Of a stretch of 64,000 bases of DNA, positions 9,512-19,202 are shown in pieces. The position numbers and the translations under genes are program-made. The stretch lies in the IMG/VR virus record IMGVR_UViG_3300042397_001422. One strand, given 5' to 3'. Below the pieces are notes generated by a model. The model was not told the origin of the DNA and did not search any database. It saw only the letters and a program-made list of their open reading frames with translations. Source of the DNA: an uncultured virus (IMG/VR IMGVR_UViG_3300042397_001422). Lineage: Duplodnaviria > Heunggongvirae > Uroviricota > Caudoviricetes. Positions within the stretch are counted from its first letter, which is position 1. Each line of letters opens with the position of its first letter.

Positions 9512-10339
9512 ATGAAAAGTATAATAACCTTATTGGTATTATTACCAACGTTAGCATTTTCACAAGTATCAACTTGGAGACAAAGTGGTGGAAGTGTTCC
9601 GGCATCATCACAAATATCACAATCAACTCAAACAAGAGTTCAACCATCTGTACCACAACAAAATAATGTGAGTAGCTGGAGAAACAATCCACCAGAAACA
9701 TCTAAACCAAACTATAATATAATTGCACGACCAAACAATTGGCGATGGGGTGGTAATAATTGGGGTTGGCAATGGAATAATTGGGGATGGTATCAACCAA
9801 TGCCTTACATTTGGTATGATGATTACGGATGGAGACAAAGAAGTGTAATTCATGTATACGAAAGTGGTAAAAGAGATACTATTAGAAAAGAAAGAGTTTA
9901 TACCTCATTTGGATTTGGGCATACTACTAATAAACAAGCAGCATTTTGGGGAATCGTTGGTGGTAAAAAATCATATTTCATTATGGATTATGTAATGACT
10001 TATGCAATAGACCAAAACCAATACTATCCATATGGTCAAATTAATAATGTTGACTTTCCACTTAGTAAAGAAGATTGGAAAAAAGAATCAACTTTATATG
10101 TAGGTGGTGGTAAACGAATTGGTAAAATAGGTATACATGGTATGATAGGATTTGGTAATGAAGTTATCAGATGGCAAGGTAAAGATGACTTAGGTGGTAT
10201 CTCATTTCCAAAATCAAATTCCTCATTCACTACATTTAAAGTTGGTGTTATAAAAGATTTCAAATTCGTTACATTAAAATTAGAAACTGACCCAATTAGA
10301 GGGTATTCTCAAATTTCAATCGGATTGAATAATAAGTAA
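9512..10339 (+). CDS. secreted, probable outer-membrane barrel protein with W/N-rich N-terminal segment
   Basis: Signal peptide; amphipathic strands in C-terminal half. Confidence 0.55.
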   Translation: MKSIITLLVLLPTLAFSQVSTWRQSGGSVPASSQISQSTQTRVQPSVPQQNNVSSWRNNPPETSKPNYNIIARPNNWRWGGNNWGWQWNNWGWYQPMPYIWYDDYGWRQRSVIHVYESGKRDTIRKERVYTSFGFGHTTNKQAAFWGIVGGKKSYFIMDYVMTYAIDQNQYYPYGQINNVDFPLSKEDWKKESTLYVGGGKRIGKIGIHGMIGFGNEVIRWQGKDDLGGISFPKSNSSFTTFKVGVIKDFKFVTLKLETDPIRGYSQISIGLNNK

Positions 10340-11862
10340 TGAAAAAATGGGTAGTAAACTTTATAATAATTTGTATTGTTCTATTTGCACAAAAAGTAAA
10401 TGGTCAAGTATTCACGCAATCATTTGTAGATAAATGTACTGGTGAAATAAAAATTGCAACCACAACTTATGTAAGAGGTAATGCAGTGGTTTCATTTTAT
10501 AATCAAGTTCGAACATTCACTCCCCTTGAAGTACAAAGTGGTATATTAAATGCATGGTTACAAACTACCTATTTGGCATATTCCACATTAGGGTGTCCAA
10601 CTAATGTAGTAGTTCAACAAACTGTCCAACAAGCAGTAACTCAGGCTGCAGCACAAGCAGCAGCCGCAGCAGCATCCGCCGCCGCACAAGCAGCAGCAGA
10701 TGCAGCAGCAAAAGCAGCATCGGATGCAGCAGCAAAAGCAGCAGCAGATGCAGCAGCAAAAGCAGCAAGTTCATCCGCGAGTGGTGCCGCATCATCATCC
10801 GCTTCTTCGGCAGCAACCTCATCTGCAACAGCAGCAACTTCATCAGTAGCAACTCCACCACCAACATCAACACCTCCACCTGCAAGTAGTAGTTCAACAC
10901 CTCCACCTGCAAGTAGTTCTTCATCATCAAGTAGTGGTGGGTCTTCATCAAGTTCATCATCATCTGGCTCATCTACGGAGAGTAAGACCGAAACTAAAAC
11001 TGAAGCTAAAACAGAATCGAAAACCGAAGAAAAGAAAACCGAAACTAAATCAGAGGAAAAGAAAGAGGAAACTAAGTCTGAAAGTAAAGAAGAGAAAAAA
11101 GAGGAAAGTAAATCGGAAGAAAAGAAAGAAGAAAAAAAGGAAGAAAAGAAAGAAGAAAAAAAGGAAGAGAAAAAAGAGGAAAAGAAAGAAAAGAAAAAAA
11201 CTGCAGTTACAAATCCAATGATGTTATCATCTGATTTAGCAGGAACTGAATCCGCAGATGGTGAATACGCAGTAATGATGTCAGTAGGTGTATCTAAATC
11301 ATCTCTAATGGGTGATAAATCATATTCCAGCTCTGCATTAATATGGTCTACATTTGACCAATTTGCACTATCATCAGGAGTTACTAAAATGGTAATAGCA
11401 GATGGTAAATTAAAAGCACTTAATAGTTACTCATTAACATCTGCATATCTTAAAGGTACGTTGATGGGATTAATGGGATATACATGGATTAAACCACACC
11501 CAACATTGGGTACATTTGGATATAACTTAGGTGCAATTATGTTAATGATGAAAGGTACTGAAATGAAATACAATACATCATTCTCAACCTCAGTAGTGGT
11601 ATTTTGGACTAAACCATATCAATACTCAAGAAAACTTACGATTTCACCTCAGATATTTGTAATGTCAGCACCTATTGCTTATAATTCACTAACAGGTGGA
11701 ACATCCGTAAGTAGAACACCTGGTGCTTTATTAGGAACTGCTATTGATTATAGAATTAGTAAAAGATTTGGATTTAACTTTGGATATAAAGCAAATATAG
11801 CGTTTGAACCAGAATTCAGTTTGTTGCATAATTTCCAAATTGGTTCTAAAATGACATTCTAA
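10339..11862 (+). CDS. secreted protein with Ala-, Ser- and EEKK-rich stalk and probable C-terminal beta-barrel
   Basis: Signal peptide; low-complexity repeats; alternating strands ending in Phe. Confidence 0.65.
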   Translation: MKKWVVNFIIICIVLFAQKVNGQVFTQSFVDKCTGEIKIATTTYVRGNAVVSFYNQVRTFTPLEVQSGILNAWLQTTYLAYSTLGCPTNVVVQQTVQQAVTQAAAQAAAAAASAAAQAAADAAAKAASDAAAKAAADAAAKAASSSASGAASSSASSAATSSATAATSSVATPPPTSTPPPASSSSTPPPASSSSSSSSGGSSSSSSSSGSSTESKTETKTEAKTESKTEEKKTETKSEEKKEETKSESKEEKKEESKSEEKKEEKKEEKKEEKKEEKKEEKKEKKKTAVTNPMMLSSDLAGTESADGEYAVMMSVGVSKSSLMGDKSYSSSALIWSTFDQFALSSGVTKMVIADGKLKALNSYSLTSAYLKGTLMGLMGYTWIKPHPTLGTFGYNLGAIMLMMKGTEMKYNTSFSTSVVVFWTKPYQYSRKLTISPQIFVMSAPIAYNSLTGGTSVSRTPGALLGTAIDYRISKRFGFNFGYKANIAFEPEFSLLHNFQIGSKMTF

Positions 11863-11892
11863 TACTTATAGTAATACAAACAACAAAATTTT

Positions 11893-12540
11893 ATGAAAAA
11901 ATTATTAAACATCAAAAACATTGCATTATTATTATTAATTGCAATTGTTGTATTCCAACAATGTGGTGGGAATAAAAACCAAACTGGTGAAATTGTAAAA
12001 GTAAATGGTAAAAAGTACGAACTTATTAAACATGAAATTGATACAATTGAAGTAGTTAAGACAAAAGTAGTAACTAAAAAAGGTGAAGATATTTACCACG
12101 AAACAATCGTTGAGAAAGAGGTTATAGTACCTGCAAATGTAGATACTAGTGCAATCCTAAAACAATACTATACAAAAGTATTATATAAAGATGTATTAGT
12201 ATTACCTGATTCATTAGGAACTGTTGCAGTAACTGATACTATCTCACAAAATAAAATATTTGGCAGAACTTTTAACGCAAATGTTAAACAAAGAACTATC
12301 AAAGAAACTACAATAGTAAAAGAATTACCTAAGAATCAAGTCTATTTTGGATTTGGTGGTCAATTTAACAAAGCTGATTTTATTAATGGTCTTAGTACTG
12401 GAGTGATATTAAAAACTAAAAAAGATAAAATATATCAAGTTAATGTAGGAGTTACTAACTCAACAATCGATGGAGTAAATGGTGAATTTAAACCATATGT
12501 TGGAGCAGGAGTTTATTGGAAAATCCGATTAAAAAAATAA
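11893..12540 (+). CDS. membrane-anchored or lipoprotein, possibly lysis-associated
   Basis: N-terminal hydrophobic segment ending in Cys; C-terminal YVGAGVYW strand. Confidence 0.5.
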   Translation: MKKLLNIKNIALLLLIAIVVFQQCGGNKNQTGEIVKVNGKKYELIKHEIDTIEVVKTKVVTKKGEDIYHETIVEKEVIVPANVDTSAILKQYYTKVLYKDVLVLPDSLGTVAVTDTISQNKIFGRTFNANVKQRTIKETTIVKELPKNQVYFGFGGQFNKADFINGLSTGVILKTKKDKIYQVNVGVTNSTIDGVNGEFKPYVGAGVYWKIRLKK

Positions 12541-12575
12541 TTCAATATTTATTGATATATTAAAATAATAGAAGT

Positions 12576-13928
12576 ATGAAAATGGATGATTTAAAAAAAG
12601 TAATTGCAAAATTGATTCGTGAAAATTTTCACCAATCAATATCAGAAGCAACATATGATTTCGGTAAAAAACAATATACCGATAAAAATATGACACCAAC
12701 CGAAATTTTGGATTTAGCAATGGCTTATGTTAATGAACCCATAACAAAATTAGTAGGTAAAACATTAGGACATAGAATATATGTAGCAAATGATTTAGCT
12801 AAATTAACTGGTACTACCCAATCAGATGTAAAGACTAGGGGTAAACAACCTGCACTTGTATTATTTTTATTAAAAAATAGTTTGGTTTCTAAAGAAGAAT
12901 ACGCTAAAATATATAAAGATTTATTAGCAAAACAAATTCAAGTTATTAAATATCTTAAAAATGCCTCTCCTGATATGAGAAATAGCAGTAGTGCAATGAG
13001 AGCAGCAGAAAAAGATGGTAGAGGTGAGTTTGGTGAATCAGTAAATGAAATGAGTAGAAACGATGTACATTTTAAAGAAATAATGAAAATGTATGATAGA
13101 GGTGGTTCATTCACAAAAAAGAAAGTTGCAGTAGTTGTATGTAGAAATTCAAAAGCATCAAGACGTGATATTGAAGAGGAACTATTAGATACAAATTATG
13201 AAGATATCGTACAATATCAAGATGAATTAAATATTAAAGAATCAGTAGAGGGTGATAGAATACAAAAACTTAATGATAGAATTAAAGCATTGAGAGATAA
13301 AATGAATTCAACCAAATCATCAACTCAAAAAAATCTAATCCAACAAAGATTAAAAAACGCTCTACAAACCCTTACTAAAATAAAGAGTGGGTTGGGAATC
13401 AAAAAAATAAATAACGAATCAGTAAACGAAGCTGCAAGTGTGGAAGCAATGGGAATTGCAGCACTAACAGGTCTTAGAGGAGATGCGGTTCAAAAGTTTA
13501 TTGATGATAATAATATTCATGCTAGAAAATTACTTGCATACCTTAAAATGAAAGGTCCACATACATTAAGTAATAGAATGGATATTTCAACTGCTATTGT
13601 AGGTAAAGCTAACAATAAATTTGCACAAGGTATTATCAAAGCATTTAGTGAATCGGTAAACGAAGCAAAATCTGATTACGAAGTATATCATGATTCATAC
13701 ACTTCAGCAATTAATGCAGCTAAAGCATATGCGGAGAAAAAAGGATACACTATTAACGATGATGATTCATTTACTAAAATAGGAATGGGTCCGAAGAAAC
13801 CATCGGAAGGAAAGACTAATAGATTCAGTATCGAATTAGTTAAAGATAATAGAGTACAAAAGAAAATGCTTCAAATCCAAGTATACGGAATGAAAAATAA
13901 ATACGAATTAAACTGCTATATAGGATAA
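12576..13928 (+). CDS. multi-segment protein with repeated ESVNE junctions (candidate head-internal protein)
   Basis: ESVNEM, ESVEG and two ESVNEA motifs separate small domains. Confidence 0.6.
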   Translation: MKMDDLKKVIAKLIRENFHQSISEATYDFGKKQYTDKNMTPTEILDLAMAYVNEPITKLVGKTLGHRIYVANDLAKLTGTTQSDVKTRGKQPALVLFLLKNSLVSKEEYAKIYKDLLAKQIQVIKYLKNASPDMRNSSSAMRAAEKDGRGEFGESVNEMSRNDVHFKEIMKMYDRGGSFTKKKVAVVVCRNSKASRRDIEEELLDTNYEDIVQYQDELNIKESVEGDRIQKLNDRIKALRDKMNSTKSSTQKNLIQQRLKNALQTLTKIKSGLGIKKINNESVNEAASVEAMGIAALTGLRGDAVQKFIDDNNIHARKLLAYLKMKGPHTLSNRMDISTAIVGKANNKFAQGIIKAFSESVNEAKSDYEVYHDSYTSAINAAKAYAEKKGYTINDDDSFTKIGMGPKKPSEGKTNRFSIELVKDNRVQKKMLQIQVYGMKNKYELNCYIG

Positions 13929-13932
13929 TCAT

Positions 13933-14232
13933 ATGATAAGTTTAAAAAATATAATGACTGGAATGGACTGGAACGGTCGTAAGGTGGAGTTGGGTAAGGT
14001 GTATAGTAATCCTTACGCAAATGCATTCAAACCTCTTAAAGAGGGTGAGGATTCCGATTACGAAGTATCTATGGCACAAAAACAATTAGATGATATAATC
14101 AAGTCTGCAACAGAATTAAAACAAAAAATGGGTGATTCGGAATTTAATGTAGCCGCATGGATACAAGACCATATTTCAAAATCCCAAAATTACATCAACC
14201 AAGCCAACTACGGGTTTGACAAGGAACAATAA
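13933..14232 (+). CDS. phage hypothetical protein
   Basis: ORF; EVSMA..QL..AWIQDHI pattern. Confidence 0.6.
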   Translation: MISLKNIMTGMDWNGRKVELGKVYSNPYANAFKPLKEGEDSDYEVSMAQKQLDDIIKSATELKQKMGDSEFNVAAWIQDHISKSQNYINQANYGFDKEQ

Positions 14233-14253
14233 TAAATTAAAGGTTCAAAAGTA

Positions 14254-14874
14254 ATGTCACACCAAATGGAAATATTTGCTACAATTATAATTGCTTTGAT
14301 AACAGCAGTAATCGGTCCAATCGTATTAGAGTGGGTTAAGGTTAAATTATCTAAGAAAGAAAAAGAAGACCCTATTAAAAAAGGATGTCAACAGGGACTT
14401 GTCATTGAAGAAGAAATCGAAAACATCAGAGAAGAACTTAATGGAGATAGAGTTTGGATATCAATGTTTCACAATGGAGGACATTTTCTACATACCAATA
14501 AATCTATTCAGAAATTTTCAGTAGTATACGAAGTAGAAAAAGCAGGAGTTGCCAAAATAGCACATACATTTACAAATATACCTCTTTCTCTATTTGCAAA
14601 ATCAATCGATGAAATGCTTAAAACTGGTTATATTTTTATTCCTAATTTTGAGGACCCAACCATAGCAACATTCGGATTAAAACCAGGTGCAGAAGCAGCA
14701 GGTACAAAGGCATCATATTGTATAGCACTTTTTGATATAAAAACTGAATCATGTATTGGTACAGTTGGAATTGATTATACCAAACCTAAAAAACTTACAA
14801 ACGAAGAGAAGGGGTTCTTTATGGAAAGAGCTAATCGTTTATCTGGGTACTTATCTAATTTCTTAAATAGTTAA
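14254..14874 (+). CDS. single-TM protein with GAF-like domain (candidate T4 gpT-like holin)
   Basis: N-terminal TM; DRVWISMFHNGG..KFSVVYE..IGTVGIDY. Confidence 0.5.
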   Translation: MSHQMEIFATIIIALITAVIGPIVLEWVKVKLSKKEKEDPIKKGCQQGLVIEEEIENIREELNGDRVWISMFHNGGHFLHTNKSIQKFSVVYEVEKAGVAKIAHTFTNIPLSLFAKSIDEMLKTGYIFIPNFEDPTIATFGLKPGAEAAGTKASYCIALFDIKTESCIGTVGIDYTKPKKLTNEEKGFFMERANRLSGYLSNFLNS

Positions 14875-14878
14875 TCAT

Positions 14879-15871
14879 ATGGATGATAAGGTTATAATAA
14901 TTAATAATACATTTAATTTAGATACCCATCCATTATTTGAAAATCAACCAATCGATGTAATTGAATCAATTTTAATGAATTCATCATTAATAGTATTTGA
15001 TTATCAAGAAGATTTACCACAACGTTTATGGGATATTATTTTATTTTGTGCTAAAAACAGTCTAAAAACATATATCAATGGATTTACACAGCCATTAAAA
15101 ATGTATTTTGATAAAACATATCCAAATAATAAAATATATTTTCCATCTATTGAAGCATCAAATTGGTATCATATGCATATCAATTCATTTACATTATTTG
15201 AAAAATCGGTTATAAATGAAAGAAAATACTTATTAAAATACTTTTCTGCATGTAGAAAGCCGTGGCGAGATTATGTTATACTATTCTTGCGTGATAATGG
15301 TTTAATTAATGAAAAAAATTTAATATGTTTTAGAAATAGAGGTAAAGACCATTTTAATTATTTACTATATAAAGACTATAATAGTGAAATAGAATACCCA
15401 AATTTAGATTATTTTTGGTTAGATAATCTTAATTTATGTCATCCAAGTCAAGAAAATATTATCCCGTGGGAAGACCAAAATGCACAAGATGTAGGATTAT
15501 TTGAAGCACATTTTAATTCTTATTTTGATATAATATCAGAAGCAGTTGTTCCATATAAAACCCATCCAAATGAAATAGGTGAAAATATATCATCGGTCTC
15601 TAAAAGAACAATTTTTCCATTATTATGTAGAAACGTGTTTCATATATACCCTGAGAATAAACCACTTGAAAATTATTTAAAAGAATTAGGTATAGAGTTT
15701 TTCTTCGAATCGGATAATGAATTTTGTGATAATATTACATCTGAATTTTATATGTTACCAACAACTCAAGAAAAATTAAATAATAATTTTGATATTGCTA
15801 TGACAATAATAAGTCATCATTTAAGTATGCACCTTAATAGACATCATAATTCACATACCCCAACTAATTAA
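14879..15871 (+). CDS. glycosyltransferase-like protein (TEK-motif family, divergent)
   Basis: YFDIISEA..SKRTIFP..LKELG; paralog of 21156, 25963 and 59283. Confidence 0.5.
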   Translation: MDDKVIIINNTFNLDTHPLFENQPIDVIESILMNSSLIVFDYQEDLPQRLWDIILFCAKNSLKTYINGFTQPLKMYFDKTYPNNKIYFPSIEASNWYHMHINSFTLFEKSVINERKYLLKYFSACRKPWRDYVILFLRDNGLINEKNLICFRNRGKDHFNYLLYKDYNSEIEYPNLDYFWLDNLNLCHPSQENIIPWEDQNAQDVGLFEAHFNSYFDIISEAVVPYKTHPNEIGENISSVSKRTIFPLLCRNVFHIYPENKPLENYLKELGIEFFFESDNEFCDNITSEFYMLPTTQEKLNNNFDIAMTIISHHLSMHLNRHHNSHTPTN

Positions 15872-15887
15872 AAAATTATTAAATAAA

Positions 15888-15919
15888 TTTGGAAATATAA
15901 GCTTTTTTTCGTATCTTTA
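15888..15919 (+). promoter_or_regulatory. Bacteroidota-type promoter
   Basis: TTTG-N20-TATCTTTA. Confidence 0.65.
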
Positions 15920-15954
15920 CTCATTAAAAAGGTTAGTAATATTTATATACATCT

Positions 15955-16482
15955 ATGATTTCAAGAAATTTATTTACTGAAAGTAAAAACCTACGAATAT
16001 TTGATTTTGATGATACCCTTGTCAAAACAAACTCTTATATCTACGTCACCCATGCAAATGGAATGAAAAGTAAATTAACTCCTGGTCAATATGCGGTGTA
16101 TACTGAAAAACCTGGTGATGTTTACGATTTTAAAGATTTTGAACAGGTAAAAGAACCACAAGAGATACAAAAGATAACTAAAATTCTTAGAGGTATCGTT
16201 CAAAAAAGTAAAGAGGTAGTGTATATCCTAACAGCACGAGCAGCTTATCAACCAATCAAAAAATATTTAAACGATATTGGTATAAATTCTAAAAAGATTT
16301 ATGTAGTTGCACTTGCATCTAATAATCCAAAAGATAAAGCAGATTGGATTGAAAATATGATTGATAAGGAGGGGTATGATGATATTTATTTTGTGGATGA
16401 TTCAGAGAAAAATGTATCAGCAGCAAAACAAATGTTGAAAACAAAGAACGTAAAGTGGAGAGTTCAGCATATAAAACATTAA
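15955..16482 (+). CDS. HAD-superfamily hydrolase
   Basis: FDFDDTL, LTAR, K, FVDD motifs. Confidence 0.8.
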   Translation: MISRNLFTESKNLRIFDFDDTLVKTNSYIYVTHANGMKSKLTPGQYAVYTEKPGDVYDFKDFEQVKEPQEIQKITKILRGIVQKSKEVVYILTARAAYQPIKKYLNDIGINSKKIYVVALASNNPKDKADWIENMIDKEGYDDIYFVDDSEKNVSAAKQMLKTKNVKWRVQHIKH

Positions 16483-16544
16483 AAGTTTATATTTATATCA
16501 AATAGTTATATTGACTATTATAAAACTAAAAAAGGAAAACACAA

Positions 16545-16733
16545 ATGGCAACAAATTACAAAATTACATTATCAGGAAGTACTGAATCAGTTGAAGGTAC
16601 TCAAACATTTACAACATTAGAAGAATGCCAAGCATGGTTAGATGTTCATCAAGTTTATTATGCAGATGATGATGCAGACAAACCAGCTACCGATTCTTGT
16701 AAATATATATTATTCACTACTGAATCTGAATAA
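16545..16733 (+). CDS. hypothetical protein
   Basis: ORF with A-rich leader. Confidence 0.55.
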   Translation: MATNYKITLSGSTESVEGTQTFTTLEECQAWLDVHQVYYADDDADKPATDSCKYILFTTESE

Positions 16734-16736
16734 TAA

Positions 16737-17252
16737 ATGCCAGCAGTATCAAAAGCACAACAACGATTTATGGGAATGGTTCATGCCGCTCAAAAAGGTG
16801 GTGAACCTGCAAGTCCAGAAGTTGCAAAGGTGGCAAAAGATATGACTGATAAAGATGCTAAGGATTTTGCATCAACCACACATAAAGGGTTACCTAATCA
16901 TATTAAAAAAGAAATTCTTAATAGATTAAAAACCGAATATGGTTTAATGTTACCAAACCATCATGTACAACCTGCAGCTGTTGCTATGGGATTAGATGAT
17001 GAAGATGAACAATATGGAGAAAATCGAATTATGAAGTTGAAAAAAATTATGGAAGGTGCTGATGAAATAAACACAGCAGTAATTCCGGCGGCAATCAAAA
17101 TAAAATTTGAAAAAGCATTAGAACTAATGAATGGTAAAGAATTATCATACAACCAAAAAATTAAATTATTAGCAAAAATAATTGATGGATTGGGTATTGA
17201 TAAAATGGAGTTAGGTAGAATTAGTAGTAAATTAAAATCAAATTTAGATTAG
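16737..17252 (+). CDS. phage protein with DUF3008-like N-terminus
   Basis: MPAVSKAQQRFMG...DFASTTHKGLP. Confidence 0.6.
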   Translation: MPAVSKAQQRFMGMVHAAQKGGEPASPEVAKVAKDMTDKDAKDFASTTHKGLPNHIKKEILNRLKTEYGLMLPNHHVQPAAVAMGLDDEDEQYGENRIMKLKKIMEGADEINTAVIPAAIKIKFEKALELMNGKELSYNQKIKLLAKIIDGLGIDKMELGRISSKLKSNLD

Positions 17253-17266
17253 AATAGGAGATTTAT

Positions 17267-18103
17267 ATGTTATTAAAAAAGGGTGATAATAACGAAAGTG
17301 TAAAGTTAATGCAAGAAAAGTTGGGGATATCCCCAGCAGTTACTAATTTCGGTCCTAAAACCGAAGAGGCAGTAAAAGCATTTCAATTAAAAAATGGATT
17401 AACACCCGATGGTATAGTTGGTGATAAAACATGGGGAATGATTATGGGTGAAAGTGTTGAAGTAACACCACAGCCGGTAGTATCAACTCCATCCGTAAGT
17501 GGATTGAAATTAGATAAACTTAAAGGACATGTTCCTCAAGTTGTAATCGATTCAATCCCCGAAGTTGCAACTAAATTTGGAATCAATACTCCATTAAGAG
17601 TTGCACACTTTCTTGCACAATGTGGACATGAGAGTGGTGGATTCCGTTTAACAAAAGAAAACCTAAACTATTCTGCAAAGGGATTGATGGGTATATTTAA
17701 AAAGTATTTCCCAACTGAAGCCCTGGCTAAAGCATACGAAAGACAACCTGCAAAGATTGCAAACAAAGTTTACTCAAATAGAATGGGTAATGGAACTGAA
17801 GCAAGTGGTGATGGTGCAAAGTTTTGTGGTAGAGGATATATTCAATTAACAGGAAAAGAAAACTATACCGCATTTGGTAAATCAATCGGAGTAGATGTAT
17901 GTGCTAATCCAGAGTTAGTAGCATCACAATATGCACTTGCATCAGCAGCATGGTTCTTTTCTAAAAATGGATTACATAAGATAGCAGATGAAGGAGCAAG
18001 TGATGCAGTAGTAACAAAAATTACTAAAAGAGTAAATGGTGGAACGATTGGATTACCGGATAGAATAAAACACTTTAAAGAATATTATTCTTTATTGGCA
18101 TAA
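17267..18103 (+). CDS. endolysin: peptidoglycan-binding domain plus GH19
   Basis: AVKAFQ..GLTPDGIVGDKTW; AHFLAQCGHES, ENLNYS, GRGYIQLTG..NY, VNGG. Confidence 0.9.
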   Translation: MLLKKGDNNESVKLMQEKLGISPAVTNFGPKTEEAVKAFQLKNGLTPDGIVGDKTWGMIMGESVEVTPQPVVSTPSVSGLKLDKLKGHVPQVVIDSIPEVATKFGINTPLRVAHFLAQCGHESGGFRLTKENLNYSAKGLMGIFKKYFPTEALAKAYERQPAKIANKVYSNRMGNGTEASGDGAKFCGRGYIQLTGKENYTAFGKSIGVDVCANPELVASQYALASAAWFFSKNGLHKIADEGASDAVVTKITKRVNGGTIGLPDRIKHFKEYYSLLA

Positions 18104-18119
18104 AAAAAAGAAATAAGTT

Positions 18120-18590
18120 ATGATATATTGGTTTACTGGTCAGCCTTGTGCTGGTAAGACTGTATTAGGAAGTAAGTTACATAAGTTTTTACAAACTGAA
18201 AAACGTAATTGGAGAAAATCAGTTTTTCATGTTGATGGAGACCATTTACGAGATATCTATCAGAATAAAGATTATTCAGAACAAGGTAGACGTACTAACA
18301 TTAAAAATGCACAAGCATTAGTAGAATACTTACATACATGCGAATGTGATGTAGTAGTATCATTAGTAGCCCCATATTTAGATTTAAGAGAAGAATTCAA
18401 AGATAAAATCGGTAACGATATTGTTGAAATATTTGTACATACTACCGAAGCAAGAGAAAGAGACCATTTTCACGTTTCTAACTACGAACAACCGCAAGTG
18501 AACTTTATTGATATTAATACTACAAAGGATTCACCGGATACCTCATTTTCAAAATTAATAAATAATCTTAATAAAATCAACAAGTTATAA
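18120..18590 (+). CDS. cysC: adenylylsulfate (APS) kinase
   Basis: WFTGQPCAGKT, DGD, DYS..GR..N, YEQP. Confidence 0.85.
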   Translation: MIYWFTGQPCAGKTVLGSKLHKFLQTEKRNWRKSVFHVDGDHLRDIYQNKDYSEQGRRTNIKNAQALVEYLHTCECDVVVSLVAPYLDLREEFKDKIGNDIVEIFVHTTEARERDHFHVSNYEQPQVNFIDINTTKDSPDTSFSKLINNLNKINKL

Positions 18591-18988
18591 TGAAAAAGTA
18601 TTTAGCACAGGCTGCTTTTAAATCATCATCAAATGATGTAAAGTATTCAATGTATATTGGAAGATGGCAACCCTGGCATGAAGGTCATCGTTGGTTAATC
18701 GACCAACGATTGAATGAGGGTAAAAAAGTTCTTATTTGTATTAGAGATGTAGAAGCAGATGAGAAAAACCCGTGGACTCCATTAGAAGTATTACAAAATC
18801 TTACACATGAATTGTTGGATATCATCCAAGAAGGTAAAGTTAAAATTATTATCATACCCGATATTGAATCAATTAATATTGGCAGGGGTGTAGGATATGA
18901 TGTGATAGAACATTGTCCTCCAGATGAGATAAAGGAAATATCTGCAACTGCTATCAGAGAACAACTGAAAACAGATGGTAAGTTATGA
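18590..18988 (+). CDS. HxGH nucleotidyltransferase (cytidylyltransferase-like)
   Basis: GRWQPWHEGH, NPW, ISATAIR. Confidence 0.8.
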   Translation: MKKYLAQAAFKSSSNDVKYSMYIGRWQPWHEGHRWLIDQRLNEGKKVLICIRDVEADEKNPWTPLEVLQNLTHELLDIIQEGKVKIIIIPDIESINIGRGVGYDVIEHCPPDEIKEISATAIREQLKTDGKL

Positions 18989-19200
18989 CCGTAGATAAAA
19001 GGAGACACATTGCTAAAACCATCTCATATCGAATTTTAAGTACCTTAATCGGATTCTTATTGATGTGGTGGATAAGTGGTTCAATTAAAGTTGGAACTGC
19101 ATTTGGAGTGGCAGAATTAGTTTATAAACCTATTCAGTATTACTTACACGAAAGAATATGGTATCGTTGGATTAAATACGGACTAAAAAAAAATAAATAA
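18985..19200 (+). CDS. DUF2061-like small membrane protein
   Basis: KTISYR...YYLHERIW. Confidence 0.7.
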   Translation: MTVDKRRHIAKTISYRILSTLIGFLLMWWISGSIKVGTAFGVAELVYKPIQYYLHERIWYRWIKYGLKKNK

Positions 19201-19202
19201 CA

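Noticed and set aside
10620..11200. GCA-rich and GAAGAAAAA tandem repeats as a CRISPR or non-coding array
   Set aside because: Explained by Ala/Ser/EEKK coding repeats; no repeat-spacer structure
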